Virus record (IMG/VR): IMGVR_UViG_3300037311_000459
Span: 1-39,389 of that record
Direction: 5' to 3' (one strand)
DNA: 39,389 bases
DNA from: a virus
Lineage: Duplodnaviria > Caudoviricetes
Shown: positions 24,510 through 32,927 of the stretch, in pieces
How positions within the stretch are numbered: the stretch's first letter is position 1
How the letters are laid out: each line of letters opens with the position of its first letter
Position numbers and translations under genes: made by a program
Notes under the pieces: model-generated
Told to the model about the DNA's origin: nothing
Seen by the model: only the letters and a program-made list of their open reading frames with translations
Database searches by the model: none

Positions 24510-25696
24510 TGATCGTGAACACCCTCCGGCCTGTCCGGCGCAGGCCGCACCATATCGTTGAAGTCCATGCCCTTGGGCGGCCAGACGACCGTCACCCGCC
24601 GGTCGTCATTCTGGAAGCGGCGCGTCGCCCGTTCGACGAAGGCGGTCGTGAAGAATGGATCGCTGTCGGCATCGCCCAGGATGACGATATCCCGCGCGCC
24701 AGGCGGCAGGATGATGCCGGGCCTGGTCATGTCAGGCGTATCGGTCGGCACGCGCACCCGCCCCTTGCTTTCGCCCGTGCGCGCGTCCAGTCGCTTCTTG
24801 GTCGGATGGAACGGAGCCCGCTTCTGCGCTTCCCGGTCGCCGGCGCCTGCCAGATTGATCAGCGACAACGCTGCCCAGACCGTGATGGGCCGATTGGCCT
24901 TCGCCATGGCGATCATGACCGAAAGACCGGTTTCGATGCCTTCGCTGATCGCGAGCGGCCCCTTCGTGAACTTGCCCAGGCGACAGGCGCCGCCATAGGC
25001 ATTGCCCAACATCAGCTTCGGTTTCTCCACCTCCGCCTTCCCGCTCCCATCCGGCTTCAGATAGGTGCGATGAATGCCGATGAAGCCGCCGTGCCCGTCC
25101 TGGACGGCGGCAACCATCGCCGGGAAGGTCCCATTCCCGTTGACCTTGCCGGCCGCAATCGACGGAGCGAAGCGGAGGGTTGCCGGCGCGCCGCCGATGG
25201 CGGACAGGTCCAGTCCCCGCGCCTCCCGCAGATAGGTTTCAGCGATGGTGCCCGCGACTGGCGAGGCCGTGCGCCAGATCTCTCGCGCCAGATCGAAGCG
25301 GCGCTGTTCGGCGGCCTGTGTCTCCGCCCGGCGACGCTCCAATTCGCGGTCGTCGCGCTGCCGCGGCGGCGCCGAAGGACGCGGGCGGCTGTCGCGCGGA
25401 TCATCCGGCACTTCGATGCCGGCTTCGATCGCGAGCTCGCGCAATGCCTCCGGAAAGCTGATGCTCTTCAGCATCATCCGAAAGCTGAAGATGTCGCCCT
25501 TCGCCCCGCAGCCGTGGCAGTAGAACAAGCCCTTGTCCGGCGTCACGCTCAAGGACGGCGTGCGCTCGGAATGGAACGGGCACAGCCCCACCAGGTCGCC
25601 GCCGGCGCGCTGCAGGGTAACGACCTCGCCGATCACATCCTCGATCGGCAGTTCGTCCTTGACGGCCTGGGCGTCGATGCTCGGCTTGTCAGGCAT
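24506..25696 (-). CDS. DNA primase (CHC2 zinc finger + TOPRIM)
   Basis: GLCPFHSERTPS...FYCHGCG, GIHRTYL, EGIETGLS, ILGDAD, GMDFND. Confidence 0.92.
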   Translation of the reverse strand: MPDKPSIDAQAVKDELPIEDVIGEVVTLQRAGGDLVGLCPFHSERTPSLSVTPDKGLFYCHGCGAKGDIFSFRMMLKSISFPEALRELAIEAGIEVPDDPRDSRPRPSAPPRQRDDRELERRRAETQAAEQRRFDLAREIWRTASPVAGTIAETYLREARGLDLSAIGGAPATLRFAPSIAAGKVNGNGTFPAMVAAVQDGHGGFIGIHRTYLKPDGSGKAEVEKPKLMLGNAYGGACRLGKFTKGPLAISEGIETGLSVMIAMAKANRPITVWAALSLINLAGAGDREAQKRAPFHPTKKRLDARTGESKGRVRVPTDTPDMTRPGIILPPGARDIVILGDADSDPFFTTAFVERATRRFQNDDRRVTVVWPPKGMDFNDMVRPAPDRPEGVHDQ

Positions 25697-25717
25697 TCTG
25701 TTGCCTCAAAACCACAG

Positions 25718-25768
25718 TCGGACATTTTTCGCCGATACACGTCTTGGTGTTCGGACAAAAAAGACCTA
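25718..25768 (+). promoter_or_regulatory. Two 18-bp imperfect palindromes, putative HicB operators
   Basis: TCGGACATTTTTCGCCGA (25718-25735) and TCGGACAAAAAAGACCTA (25751-25768) upstream of hicA. Confidence 0.55.
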
Positions 25769-25796
25769 TATGGTGTTTACTAAGGAGGTAAACGCC

Positions 25797-26015
25797 ATGA
25801 GAGCAGGCGAATTTGTGAGTAAGATCAAGAAGTTGGCTGAGGCACGCGAGGTGACGTTTCGCTTCGACCCCGGTCCCGGAAAAGGTAGTCACGGAAGGCT
25901 CTACTACGGAGACAGATGGACTACCGTGAAGGATCGAAAGGAAGAGGTAGGCACTGGTCTGGTCGGCAAGATGCTCAAGGATCTTGGTCTCTCGAAGAAG
26001 GACCTGGGGCTGTAA
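25797..26015 (+). CDS. hicA: HicA-family toxin (mRNA interferase)
   Basis: 72 aa, basic, GKGSH catalytic motif, MLKDLGL ending; TAAGGAGG RBS. Confidence 0.88.
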   Translation: MRAGEFVSKIKKLAEAREVTFRFDPGPGKGSHGRLYYGDRWTTVKDRKEEVGTGLVGKMLKDLGLSKKDLGL

Positions 26016-26090
26016 GCCCCAGGTTTCCTCACAAGCCTGCGAAGTGGTGAACTGAACTTGGCGCAACACACAACGAGGAGGATGCATGTC

Positions 26091-26543
26091 ATGTTCGAGT
26101 TGGGTTTTCCCGCCCGGGTAACCAAAGGGGAAGACGGCTTTTACCTGGTCACGTTTAGGGACGTGCCGGAGGCCGGAACAGATAATCAGGATCGCGAGGC
26201 GGCGATCCTTGCTGGGGCCGACGCATTGACGGCTGCTCTGGCTGGTTATCTGAAGGAGGATCGAGACTTGCCGAGGCCTTCGAAGCTTCGTGCGGGGGAA
26301 GTCCTGATCCATGTGGATCCATCTTTCGCAGCCAAGTTGGCGCTTCGCCAGGTCTTGGCTGAAAAGGGACTGTCGAATGTAGCACTCGCTAAAGTGTTGG
26401 GCGTCCATGAGAAGGAAGTCCGACGAATGCTGGACCCGGATCATCCGACAAAGCTTGATCGCCTTGATGTGGCGCTGCGAGCTCTTGGTTACCGGGTCAT
26501 TGTGGATGTTCAGCCGGTGACGCCTTCCAAACGCGCCGCCTAG
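26091..26543 (+). CDS. hicB: HicB-family antitoxin with C-terminal HTH
   Basis: VTFRDVPEAGT...EAAI...DAL...LPRPS, then HTH (SNVALAKVLGVHEKEVRRMLDPDHPTK); GAGGAGG RBS. Confidence 0.9.
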   Translation: MFELGFPARVTKGEDGFYLVTFRDVPEAGTDNQDREAAILAGADALTAALAGYLKEDRDLPRPSKLRAGEVLIHVDPSFAAKLALRQVLAEKGLSNVALAKVLGVHEKEVRRMLDPDHPTKLDRLDVALRALGYRVIVDVQPVTPSKRAA

Positions 26544-26557
26544 CACACTGGAACCGA

Positions 26558-26596
26558 TGCCGCCGGCGTGGAATATCGCCGGCGGCAGTTTCATTT
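26558..26596 (+). terminator. Terminator after hicB
   Basis: TGCCGCCGGCG-8nt-CGCCGGCGGCA 11-bp stem followed by GTTTCATTT. Confidence 0.6.
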
Positions 26597-26608
26597 GGAA
26601 ATCAGACA

Positions 26609-27505
26609 TCACTGCGCCACCCCTGCCTCCGTCAGCATGTCCGGCCGACTGGCTTCCACTTCCGCGTCGCTCAGGTTCTGCACTGCCTGGCGCCAATAGG
26701 TTTCATTGAGCTCGGTCCCGACGAAGCGCCGCCCCGTCTTCACGCTGACGAATCCCTCGCTGCCGATCCCCATGAAGGGCGAGAAGACCACGTCGCCGGG
26801 ATTGCTCCACAGCACCAGGGCGCGTTCGATCAGGTCCAGCTGCAGCGGGCAGATATGCTTTTCCTGGTCGGGGTCGCGGGCAGTCCGCACGTTCAGCACA
26901 TTGGTCTGCCGGATATCCATCCAGACCGGGCTCGCCCATTCCTGCCAGGTCGGCACCGGCAGATCCTCATGCGCATGGGCGATCGGCGCGGAGTTGTCTC
27001 CGGGCGCTCGGAATACCAGGACATAATCTGGCATGCCGACGCGTGACATGGCGCTGTCCTTCTTCAGCTGCTTGTGCAGCAACCCAAGGGCCTTCGTGCG
27101 CGTCATCTCGACGACCGGATCGCGCCAGACCACGACGCGGCAATGGAAGATCCACCCGGCATCCAGATGCGCCCGCACGATCTTGTCGGAGAAGGGATTG
27201 AGCCCGATGTAACCTTCGACGCTCTTCTTGATCGGCAGGTCCGAACAATGCACGGCGGTCAGCCGGCCCGGCTTCGTCACGCGCAGCTTCTCGCGGATCA
27301 GGTAACGATATTGGTCGAAGAATTCGGCATCATTGGCGCAATTGCCCATGTCCGCGACCGAATCGGAGTAGATGAAGAGGTTCGCGAAGGGCGGCGAATA
27401 CACGCTGAAGTCAATGCTGGCGGTCGGCAGATCGCGGGCGAAGACCACGCAATCGCCGTTGATCGCCGTCCAGCCGCCGCCCGTCGCCTGGTTGCGCGCA
27501 TTCAT
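26609..27505 (-). CDS. DNA methyltransferase (N4/N6, beta-class motif order)
   Basis: GDC, YSPPF catalytic motif, HICPLQL, VFSPFMGIGSEG SAM-binding motif. Confidence 0.92.
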   Translation of the reverse strand: MNARNQATGGGWTAINGDCVVFARDLPTASIDFSVYSPPFANLFIYSDSVADMGNCANDAEFFDQYRYLIREKLRVTKPGRLTAVHCSDLPIKKSVEGYIGLNPFSDKIVRAHLDAGWIFHCRVVVWRDPVVEMTRTKALGLLHKQLKKDSAMSRVGMPDYVLVFRAPGDNSAPIAHAHEDLPVPTWQEWASPVWMDIRQTNVLNVRTARDPDQEKHICPLQLDLIERALVLWSNPGDVVFSPFMGIGSEGFVSVKTGRRFVGTELNETYWRQAVQNLSDAEVEASRPDMLTEAGVAQ

Positions 27506-28896
27506 GATGCTCTCCTCAGCCAGTCCGGAAGCTGCGCCTGCATCGTCGGCTGGAACGGCACCTTCGCCAGGCGGTCGACGGCCCGGTTGTCATTGGCCGC
27601 GCGGAACATGGCCGCCTTCATCGCGTCGTGATCGGCCATTTTGCGCACGATCGTCTGCCAGATCGGCGCCTCGGTATCGGCCAGCACGACATGCACCAGC
27701 ACTTCCCGAAGCTGTCCGAAGCGCCAGCAACGGCGGATGGCCTGGTAATAGAGCTCATAGCTGAAGCTCAGACCCGCGAAGATCATCTGCCGACAGTGTT
27801 GCCAGTTCAGGCCGAAGCCGGCGATCGACGGCTTCGTGATCAGCACGCGCACCTGGCCGTCGCTGAAGGCGGCCAGCTTGCGTTCCTTCGTTTCAAGCGG
27901 CTCGCTGCCCCGCACCTCGATCGCATCGCGGATCAGCGGACGAATGGCATCCGCCTCATAGTCGGTATCGACCCAGATCAGGACCGCTTCATCGGTCCCG
28001 TTCGCGATCTCCGCCACCTTGCGGGCCCGGTCGGCGGCCACCAGCCGCTTCTCGCGATGCAGGCTCGTCGCCGACATCTTGGGGGTGCGGAACAGCTGCC
28101 CGTCCGTATCCTGCAGCACGTCGGCGCGGATGCCATGGCGGAGGATGCGATAGGGCGTCAGGTCATATCCCGCATCGTCATAGCCCAGGTCGCTGGGCTT
28201 GCTCGCGCACATGGCCCAGCTGCCGACCCATTGCCAGAACGCCGCGACGGCATGCTTCTTCAGCCGCCAGTCATGCGAGGCGCTGAGCGTGTCGTTGATG
28301 AACCACCGCGTCAGCATCTCGTTCTGCGGCATCACCCCCAGGAATTCGGAATGGTTGCCGAGCTCCATGTAGTCGTTCGGCGCGGGCGTCGCGGTCGCGG
28401 CCTGGCGGAACGGCGTGTCGCGATAGACTTCGCACAGCCGCTGCTTGGTCTTGCCGTTGAAGCTTTTCAGGATCGAGGATTCATCCAGCGCCACGCCGCC
28501 GAAGACCGCCGGGTCCAGCTGGTCCAGCCGTTCATAGTTGCAAATGTTAATGCGCTCCAGACTAACTTCCGCGCGGTCGCGGATCTGATGCGCATCGATG
28601 TTGAACTTCTCCGCTTCGCGGACCATTTGCCCGGCGACAGCCAGGGGGGTATGGATCACGACCGGCTTCCGGGTTTCGTCTCGCACCGCCCGCGCCCATT
28701 CGAGCTCGACACCCGTCTTGCCCAGGCCGGTATCGAGGAATGCCGCGCCTGTGCCGCGGCGAAGCAGGAATTCCGCCGTGTCGCGCTGATGCGGGAACAG
28801 GCGCGGATTGAGCGCCGGCACCTCCGCCAGCCCGGCCCGCGGCGCCACGACCTCCTTCGCCTTCAGGAAGTCCATATAGTCGGGGGCTTCTAGCAC
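27502..28896 (-). CDS. SNF2-like SF2 helicase
   Basis: DTGLGKT, LDESS, ATATPAPND, GFGLNWQ, QAIRRCWRFGQ; ATGA-coupled to the MTase. Confidence 0.92.
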   Translation of the reverse strand: MLEAPDYMDFLKAKEVVAPRAGLAEVPALNPRLFPHQRDTAEFLLRRGTGAAFLDTGLGKTGVELEWARAVRDETRKPVVIHTPLAVAGQMVREAEKFNIDAHQIRDRAEVSLERINICNYERLDQLDPAVFGGVALDESSILKSFNGKTKQRLCEVYRDTPFRQAATATPAPNDYMELGNHSEFLGVMPQNEMLTRWFINDTLSASHDWRLKKHAVAAFWQWVGSWAMCASKPSDLGYDDAGYDLTPYRILRHGIRADVLQDTDGQLFRTPKMSATSLHREKRLVAADRARKVAEIANGTDEAVLIWVDTDYEADAIRPLIRDAIEVRGSEPLETKERKLAAFSDGQVRVLITKPSIAGFGLNWQHCRQMIFAGLSFSYELYYQAIRRCWRFGQLREVLVHVVLADTEAPIWQTIVRKMADHDAMKAAMFRAANDNRAVDRLAKVPFQPTMQAQLPDWLRRAS

Positions 28897-29096
28897 GGCC
28901 GCACCTGCGCCCGGATCGGCTCGGTCACGGAAGCCGGCATTGATCCGCCGCCACCGGTCGAAACCTGCCACCAGCCGAACATCCAGTCGCGGCCCTGGTA
29001 GGACAGCGGGTCATAGGGGCAAGGCTGCATGCCGCCGCCGTGCCGCTCCACCCGGCCGGCCGCCCGGCCCTTGAAATACGGTTGGCCGCCTTTCAT
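28890..29096 (-). CDS. Rmf/CrpP-fold-like small protein
   Basis: YFKGRAAG...CPY...RDWMFGW pattern matches the RMF signature; coupled to both neighbours. Confidence 0.55.
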   Translation of the reverse strand: MKGGQPYFKGRAAGRVERHGGGMQPCPYDPLSYQGRDWMFGWWQVSTGGGGSMPASVTEPIRAQVRPC

Positions 29097-29323
29097 GGGA
29101 CCAGCCCCGCCCGGGCGCGATTGCGCAGCACTTCCGCCGACAGGGTCACCAGCTGATCCGCGCGGTTGACCGCCTCGACCGGCGAGATCGGCAGAACTTC
29201 GACCACCCGGCCATCCTCCGCGCGGGCGAGCTCCAGCCCCAGCCCATCCTCCGTGATGCGCGGATAGATCAGGACGCCGGATGCCGGTCGCTCGGTCCCA
29301 TTGATCTGCTGTCGGCAGGTCAT
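29093..29323 (-). CDS. Hypothetical protein
   Basis: GAGG RBS, ATGA overlap with the next gene. Confidence 0.55.
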   Translation of the reverse strand: MTCRQQINGTERPASGVLIYPRITEDGLGLELARAEDGRVVEVLPISPVEAVNRADQLVTLSAEVLRNRARAGLVP

Positions 29324-29479
29324 CCGCGCATCCTCAGACAAAAATTCCCCCAGGCTTGGGGGCGGATCACTCCGGCTCGTTCGATTTCCCTCATCAGCAA
29401 TGCGCGATGCGCAGGGATCGAACTTGGTTTACGGGGACGGCCGGAGCGCCCCTTGGCCCGCGCATCGCGCCGGCAAAAA

Positions 29480-29770
29480 TCAGTCGCGCGCGATACCCAC
29501 CGCGCGTCGATACAGGTCGGTCAATTGGTCGAGCTCTTCCCGCTGATGCGTCTCCATCTTGCGCAAGCGCACGATGATGCGCATGACCTTGGGGTCGAAG
29601 CCGGTCTGCTTCGCCTCGTCATAGACTTCGCGGATCGCCGCGGCATATTCCGCCTTCTCTTCTTCCAGCCGCTCGATCCGTTCGATGAAGCTGCGCAGCC
29701 GCTGATCGGCAATTCCGCCTTTCGACGGCGAAGGCGCTGCGGCGGCCGTTGTTTCGGTCTGGGCGTGCAT
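29480..29770 (-). CDS. gapR: GapR/DUF2312-family nucleoid-associated protein
   Basis: QRLRSFIERIERLEEEK...IREVYDEAK.TGFDPKVMR.IVRLRK...LYRRAVG; TGATG coupling. Confidence 0.92.
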   Translation of the reverse strand: MHAQTETTAAAAPSPSKGGIADQRLRSFIERIERLEEEKAEYAAAIREVYDEAKQTGFDPKVMRIIVRLRKMETHQREELDQLTDLYRRAVGIARD

Positions 29771-30240
29771 CACTTGCGCACCCCACGGATGGCGCGCGCC
29801 GCTTCCTGGCATTCGCGCTCGATCGCCTTCAAAGCGCGCAACAGTTCCGCGCCTTCGTTCTTGGTGAGGACGGCGCCGCCTGGCGACGTGGCATGCCGCA
29901 CGCGGCGCAGGCACTCGGCGAACTGGCCGGCGGCGGCTGGCACATCCAAGGCTTCGGCCAACAGATCCCCCGCCGGCGCTGCTTTCGCATGCATCCGCTC
30001 CCGCAGCTGGCGGATATAGGCGCGCAGAAACGGCGGCTGGCGGCCGGTCGCGTTCACATAAGCCGCGTCGAGGGCCACCATCTGATCGCCCTGTGGCAAC
30101 ACTTCCATGTCCGGGTCGGTCCAATTGCGGACGGTCCGCTGAGCGCAAAGCAGCAACTTCGAAGCGAAGTCTGCGCCGATCGCCTGGACGATATCCATCG
30201 CGGCGTCTTGGAAAGTTTCAGGGGTGCGAAGTTTGGTCAT
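29770..30240 (-). CDS. CII-like phage regulatory protein
   Basis: MTKLR.P.TF..A...RTVRNWTDPD HTH-like N-terminus; ATSPGG..LT..E C-terminal pattern; position after cro. Confidence 0.6.
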   Translation of the reverse strand: MTKLRTPETFQDAAMDIVQAIGADFASKLLLCAQRTVRNWTDPDMEVLPQGDQMVALDAAYVNATGRQPPFLRAYIRQLRERMHAKAAPAGDLLAEALDVPAAAGQFAECLRRVRHATSPGGAVLTKNEGAELLRALKAIERECQEAARAIRGVRK

Positions 30241-30321
30241 GCGGACATTCCTTCGTTATCCATGACGACTCGCCCGCCAGTCCCTACAATGCGGTGAGCG
30301 AAAGATCGGAGGGGGCAGTTG

Positions 30322-30795
30322 ATGCTCACGAAACAAGAGGCGGCCGCGATCCCACGGGATCGGGCGGTCACCGCTTTTACCGGCGGGGTGACCGAGGACC
30401 GCGGCAGCATGATCGTGAAGTTTGTTCTCGCCTCTAGCCAGTCGGAGGTTTTTGAGATCAGCGCCGCACATTGCATGCAGATGATGCGGATGCTGGACGA
30501 CGAGAAAGTGCGCGCGGCCCAAGCTAGAGCGCGACAGGCCTTGCGGCCTGAGGAGGCTAACCCTGCTCCCACTCTGACAGAAGACGATCTGAATGGTCTT
30601 TCGCCGGATACCGCAACGTCCGGATTGGAGTGCGCCTTCTTCGAAGACATCGCCGTGTTCCAGTTCGAACGGCGCAATGGATCGCGATCAAGAATTGTCA
30701 TGCGCGCCGCCATGCTCACGCTGTTCCGTCAGGCGTTGCGGCCTGCGATTCAGAAGATGCGGCCCCGTCTTCTTCCCACCCGCGATCGCTGCTGA
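30322..30795 (+). CDS. Hypothetical protein oriented against the early operon
   Basis: GGAGG RBS, protein-like composition; no family recognised. Confidence 0.55.
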   Translation: MLTKQEAAAIPRDRAVTAFTGGVTEDRGSMIVKFVLASSQSEVFEISAAHCMQMMRMLDDEKVRAAQARARQALRPEEANPAPTLTEDDLNGLSPDTATSGLECAFFEDIAVFQFERRNGSRSRIVMRAAMLTLFRQALRPAIQKMRPRLLPTRDRC

Positions 30796-30964
30796 TCGAA
30801 TATTTGACGGAACCATCAGCGTTTCGGCCAAGCTCCACTTTGCCTTCGGGCGCTTCGAAGCCCAGTGCTACCTCCAAAGAGTGCAGCGCCCGCGTCAATG
30901 ATCGGACTGCTCGGCGAAGCTCCTTGGCATTGCCAAGGCGCAGCGTGACCATCTGTTCGCTCAT
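30716..30964 (-). CDS. Hypothetical protein downstream of cro
   Basis: GAGGAG RBS and ATGA overlap with the cro stop. Confidence 0.55.
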   Translation of the reverse strand: MSEQMVTLRLGNAKELRRAVRSLTRALHSLEVALGFEAPEGKVELGRNADGSVKYSISSDRGWEEDGAASSESQAATPDGTA

Positions 30965-31266
30965 GGCGCTCTCCTCTTGGCTTTGCACTGGCGCGTTGCG
31001 CGCGGCGATGCCACGTTGTCATTCGACGACGACGGCGTGTTGTCGTTGGCGCCGAGCGGCGGCAGGCGGAAATCGGCGCCCATGAAATCTTCGGGGCGCA
31101 GGTCGATGCCCTCGGCGCGCGCGGTCTTCAACAGCGGCATCTGCCAGCGCGCGGGGATATAGCCGCCTTCCATCCAGCCATAGGGCCGGCTGCGGCTGAC
31201 CTTCAGCAGGCGCCGGACGTTGCCCGGCCCGCGGCACTTGTCGATGACGTGTTGAGCGACGTTCAT
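30961..31266 (-). CDS. cro: Cro-like HTH repressor
   Basis: VIDKCRGPGNVRRLLKVSRSRPYGW...GYIPARWQ..LL..AR..GIDL; divergent from cI. Confidence 0.8.
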   Translation of the reverse strand: MNVAQHVIDKCRGPGNVRRLLKVSRSRPYGWMEGGYIPARWQMPLLKTARAEGIDLRPEDFMGADFRLPPLGANDNTPSSSNDNVASPRATRQCKAKRRAP

Positions 31267-31272
31267 GCCGCT

Positions 31273-31328
31273 ATGTTCTTATTTTGAGAACATGCGTGTC
31301 AAGAGGAAAGTTCTGATTATCCGCACAG
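31273..31328. promoter_or_regulatory. OR-like operators and pR promoter
   Basis: ATGTTCT-N7-AGAACAT (31273-31293), degenerate copy at 31308-31328; TTGACA on the minus strand at 31302-31297. Confidence 0.8.
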
Positions 31329-31360
31329 ACACCCTTCGAGTCGGCCGCGATAATTCTGAA

Positions 31361-32065
31361 ATGCAGAACAAGTGGCTGAAGCAACGCATTAGAGAACTAG
31401 GCAAGACCCAGATGGGCTTGGCTGCTGAACTCGGTTTGGCGCGGTCGGGTATCAACGCGATAATCAACGGCACCCGTCGAATCGCGAGTAGCGAGGTGCC
31501 GATCATCGCACGGTATCTGGAATGGCCCGCCGCCAAGGTGCTGGGCCTCATCTCAGATCCTTCCGGCTTCACGCCAAATGTCGACGAAGACACTCGCCCG
31601 CTTGCTGGCGTCCGCGTCATTGGCCAAGTTGAAGCTGGCGTGTTTCGCGATGCCCTCGAACTCCCCTACGATGAACAGTTCGAAATCGAGGTTCCGGTCA
31701 GTGCGACATATCGCACTTTGCCTCGCGCAGGGCTGATTGTGCGTGGCCCTTCAATGAATCGCGTTTATCCGGAGGGCACGATCCTGATCGTCGTTTCGGT
31801 GATCCACTTGGGCGAAGACTTCGACCCGCGCTCAGGTCAACGGGTCATCGTGCAACGTCGGAACAGAGAAGGCTGCGAAGCAACCGTCAAAGAGCTAGTG
31901 ATCGACGACGACGGCCAAGCCTGGCTTTGGCCACGATCGAACCACCCGGAATTTCAGCAGCCCTGGCGTGTGCCGGATCATCATGATGGCGACGGCACAG
32001 TCGATGACGACAATGATGGCTTGCGCATAACTGGATTGGTCGTCGGTAGTTATAGACCAGAGTGA
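31361..32065 (+). CDS. cI: CI-like repressor (HTH + S24 peptidase)
   Basis: HTH TQMGLAAELGLARSGINAIING; VEAG cleavage site; VRGPSMN catalytic Ser; ATVKE catalytic Lys. Confidence 0.93.
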   Translation: MQNKWLKQRIRELGKTQMGLAAELGLARSGINAIINGTRRIASSEVPIIARYLEWPAAKVLGLISDPSGFTPNVDEDTRPLAGVRVIGQVEAGVFRDALELPYDEQFEIEVPVSATYRTLPRAGLIVRGPSMNRVYPEGTILIVVSVIHLGEDFDPRSGQRVIVQRRNREGCEATVKELVIDDDGQAWLWPRSNHPEFQQPWRVPDHHDGDGTVDDDNDGLRITGLVVGSYRPE

Positions 32066-32710
32066 TTAGTGCGAGTTCTTGCGCAGCCACTCCCGGAGCC
32101 GAAGAGCCTGCTCAAGGCCCGCGCTTGAAAACAGCACGTCGTATGGATAGTTGTACGGCCACCGGTAGAGACGAATTATAATCTGCTGGTTTCCGGTGAG
32201 CTGGTGCATGATCTTCTTCGATGTCGCTACGTCGAAGCATCGGTCGTCGAATGTAGTCCAGGGCTTGTTCTTTCCGATCCGCAGCATCGCTTCGCGACCG
32301 GGATAGTCGTCACCCAAGATGCAGACGAACTCATCCGTGATGAACAGGCCCCCGACACCATCCTCCGCGGCGTTGCGGCTGATCGAGCAACTCTTCTCGT
32401 CTGTCATTAGGTCGCGCGTGCAATCCACATCCCATATGTCGCGGCGGTTCCTAATCGGATCTTCGATGTCGACGTCGATCCGCGAGGCAACCTCTGCCCA
32501 AGCTTCAGTCATCGAATGGACGATTGGAAAGCCGTCGATCTTACCGAAGGCGAGGGAGTAGGCCTGATACGACTGCCCAGCCGGGTAGCTCTTGATCGAT
32601 GTGTTGGGATACCTCGCACCCTGGTTTAGCACCGCATTTGGATCGGCCGCCTCGCACGGCACCGCAGCGGTCAAAGCGAATAGCAGCGCCGCGCCAAACC
32701 GAGCCCTCAT
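32066..32710 (-). CDS. Secreted/periplasmic protein in the immunity region
   Basis: Sec signal MRARFGAALLFALTAAVPCEA; strong GGAGG RBS; four Cys in the mature part. Confidence 0.75.
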   Translation of the reverse strand: MRARFGAALLFALTAAVPCEAADPNAVLNQGARYPNTSIKSYPAGQSYQAYSLAFGKIDGFPIVHSMTEAWAEVASRIDVDIEDPIRNRRDIWDVDCTRDLMTDEKSCSISRNAAEDGVGGLFITDEFVCILGDDYPGREAMLRIGKNKPWTTFDDRCFDVATSKKIMHQLTGNQQIIIRLYRWPYNYPYDVLFSSAGLEQALRLREWLRKNSH

Positions 32711-32768
32711 CTTCCCCTCCCCTTGGGCGACCCCTTGCGAAATTCTATCAATGAACGGAAATTCCTAT

Positions 32769-32823
32769 GTGTTCTTATAATCAGAACTTTTGGCTTGACT
32801 GTATGTTCTTGTTTTGAGAACAT
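32769..32823. promoter_or_regulatory. OL-like operators and pL promoter
   Basis: GTGTTCT-N7-AGAACTT (32769-32789), ATGTTCT-N7-AGAACAT (32803-32823), TTGACT at 32795-32800. Confidence 0.8.
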
Positions 32824-32867
32824 CCCCTCGCTCGCCCTCCCCCAGGGCGGCAACGCTGAGACGACTA

Positions 32868-32917
32868 GGGCCGGGTGCAAATCAGCTTCCCCCGAGCCGG
32901 CACCCGGCCCGTTCTTT
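32868..32917 (+). terminator. Leader hairpin / putative attenuator of the pL operon
   Basis: GGGCCGGGTGC...GCACCCGGCCC 11-bp stem followed by GTTCTTT. Confidence 0.5.
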
Positions 32918-32927
32918 GGAGACATCG

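Noticed and set aside
26609-28896. Type III R-M, BREX or DISARM defence system
   Set aside because: No nuclease or accessory genes; the pair sits in the lytic early operon
31273-31293. Alphaproteobacterial LexA box
   Set aside because: That box is a direct repeat GTTC-N7-GTTC; these sites are inverted repeats better explained as CI operators
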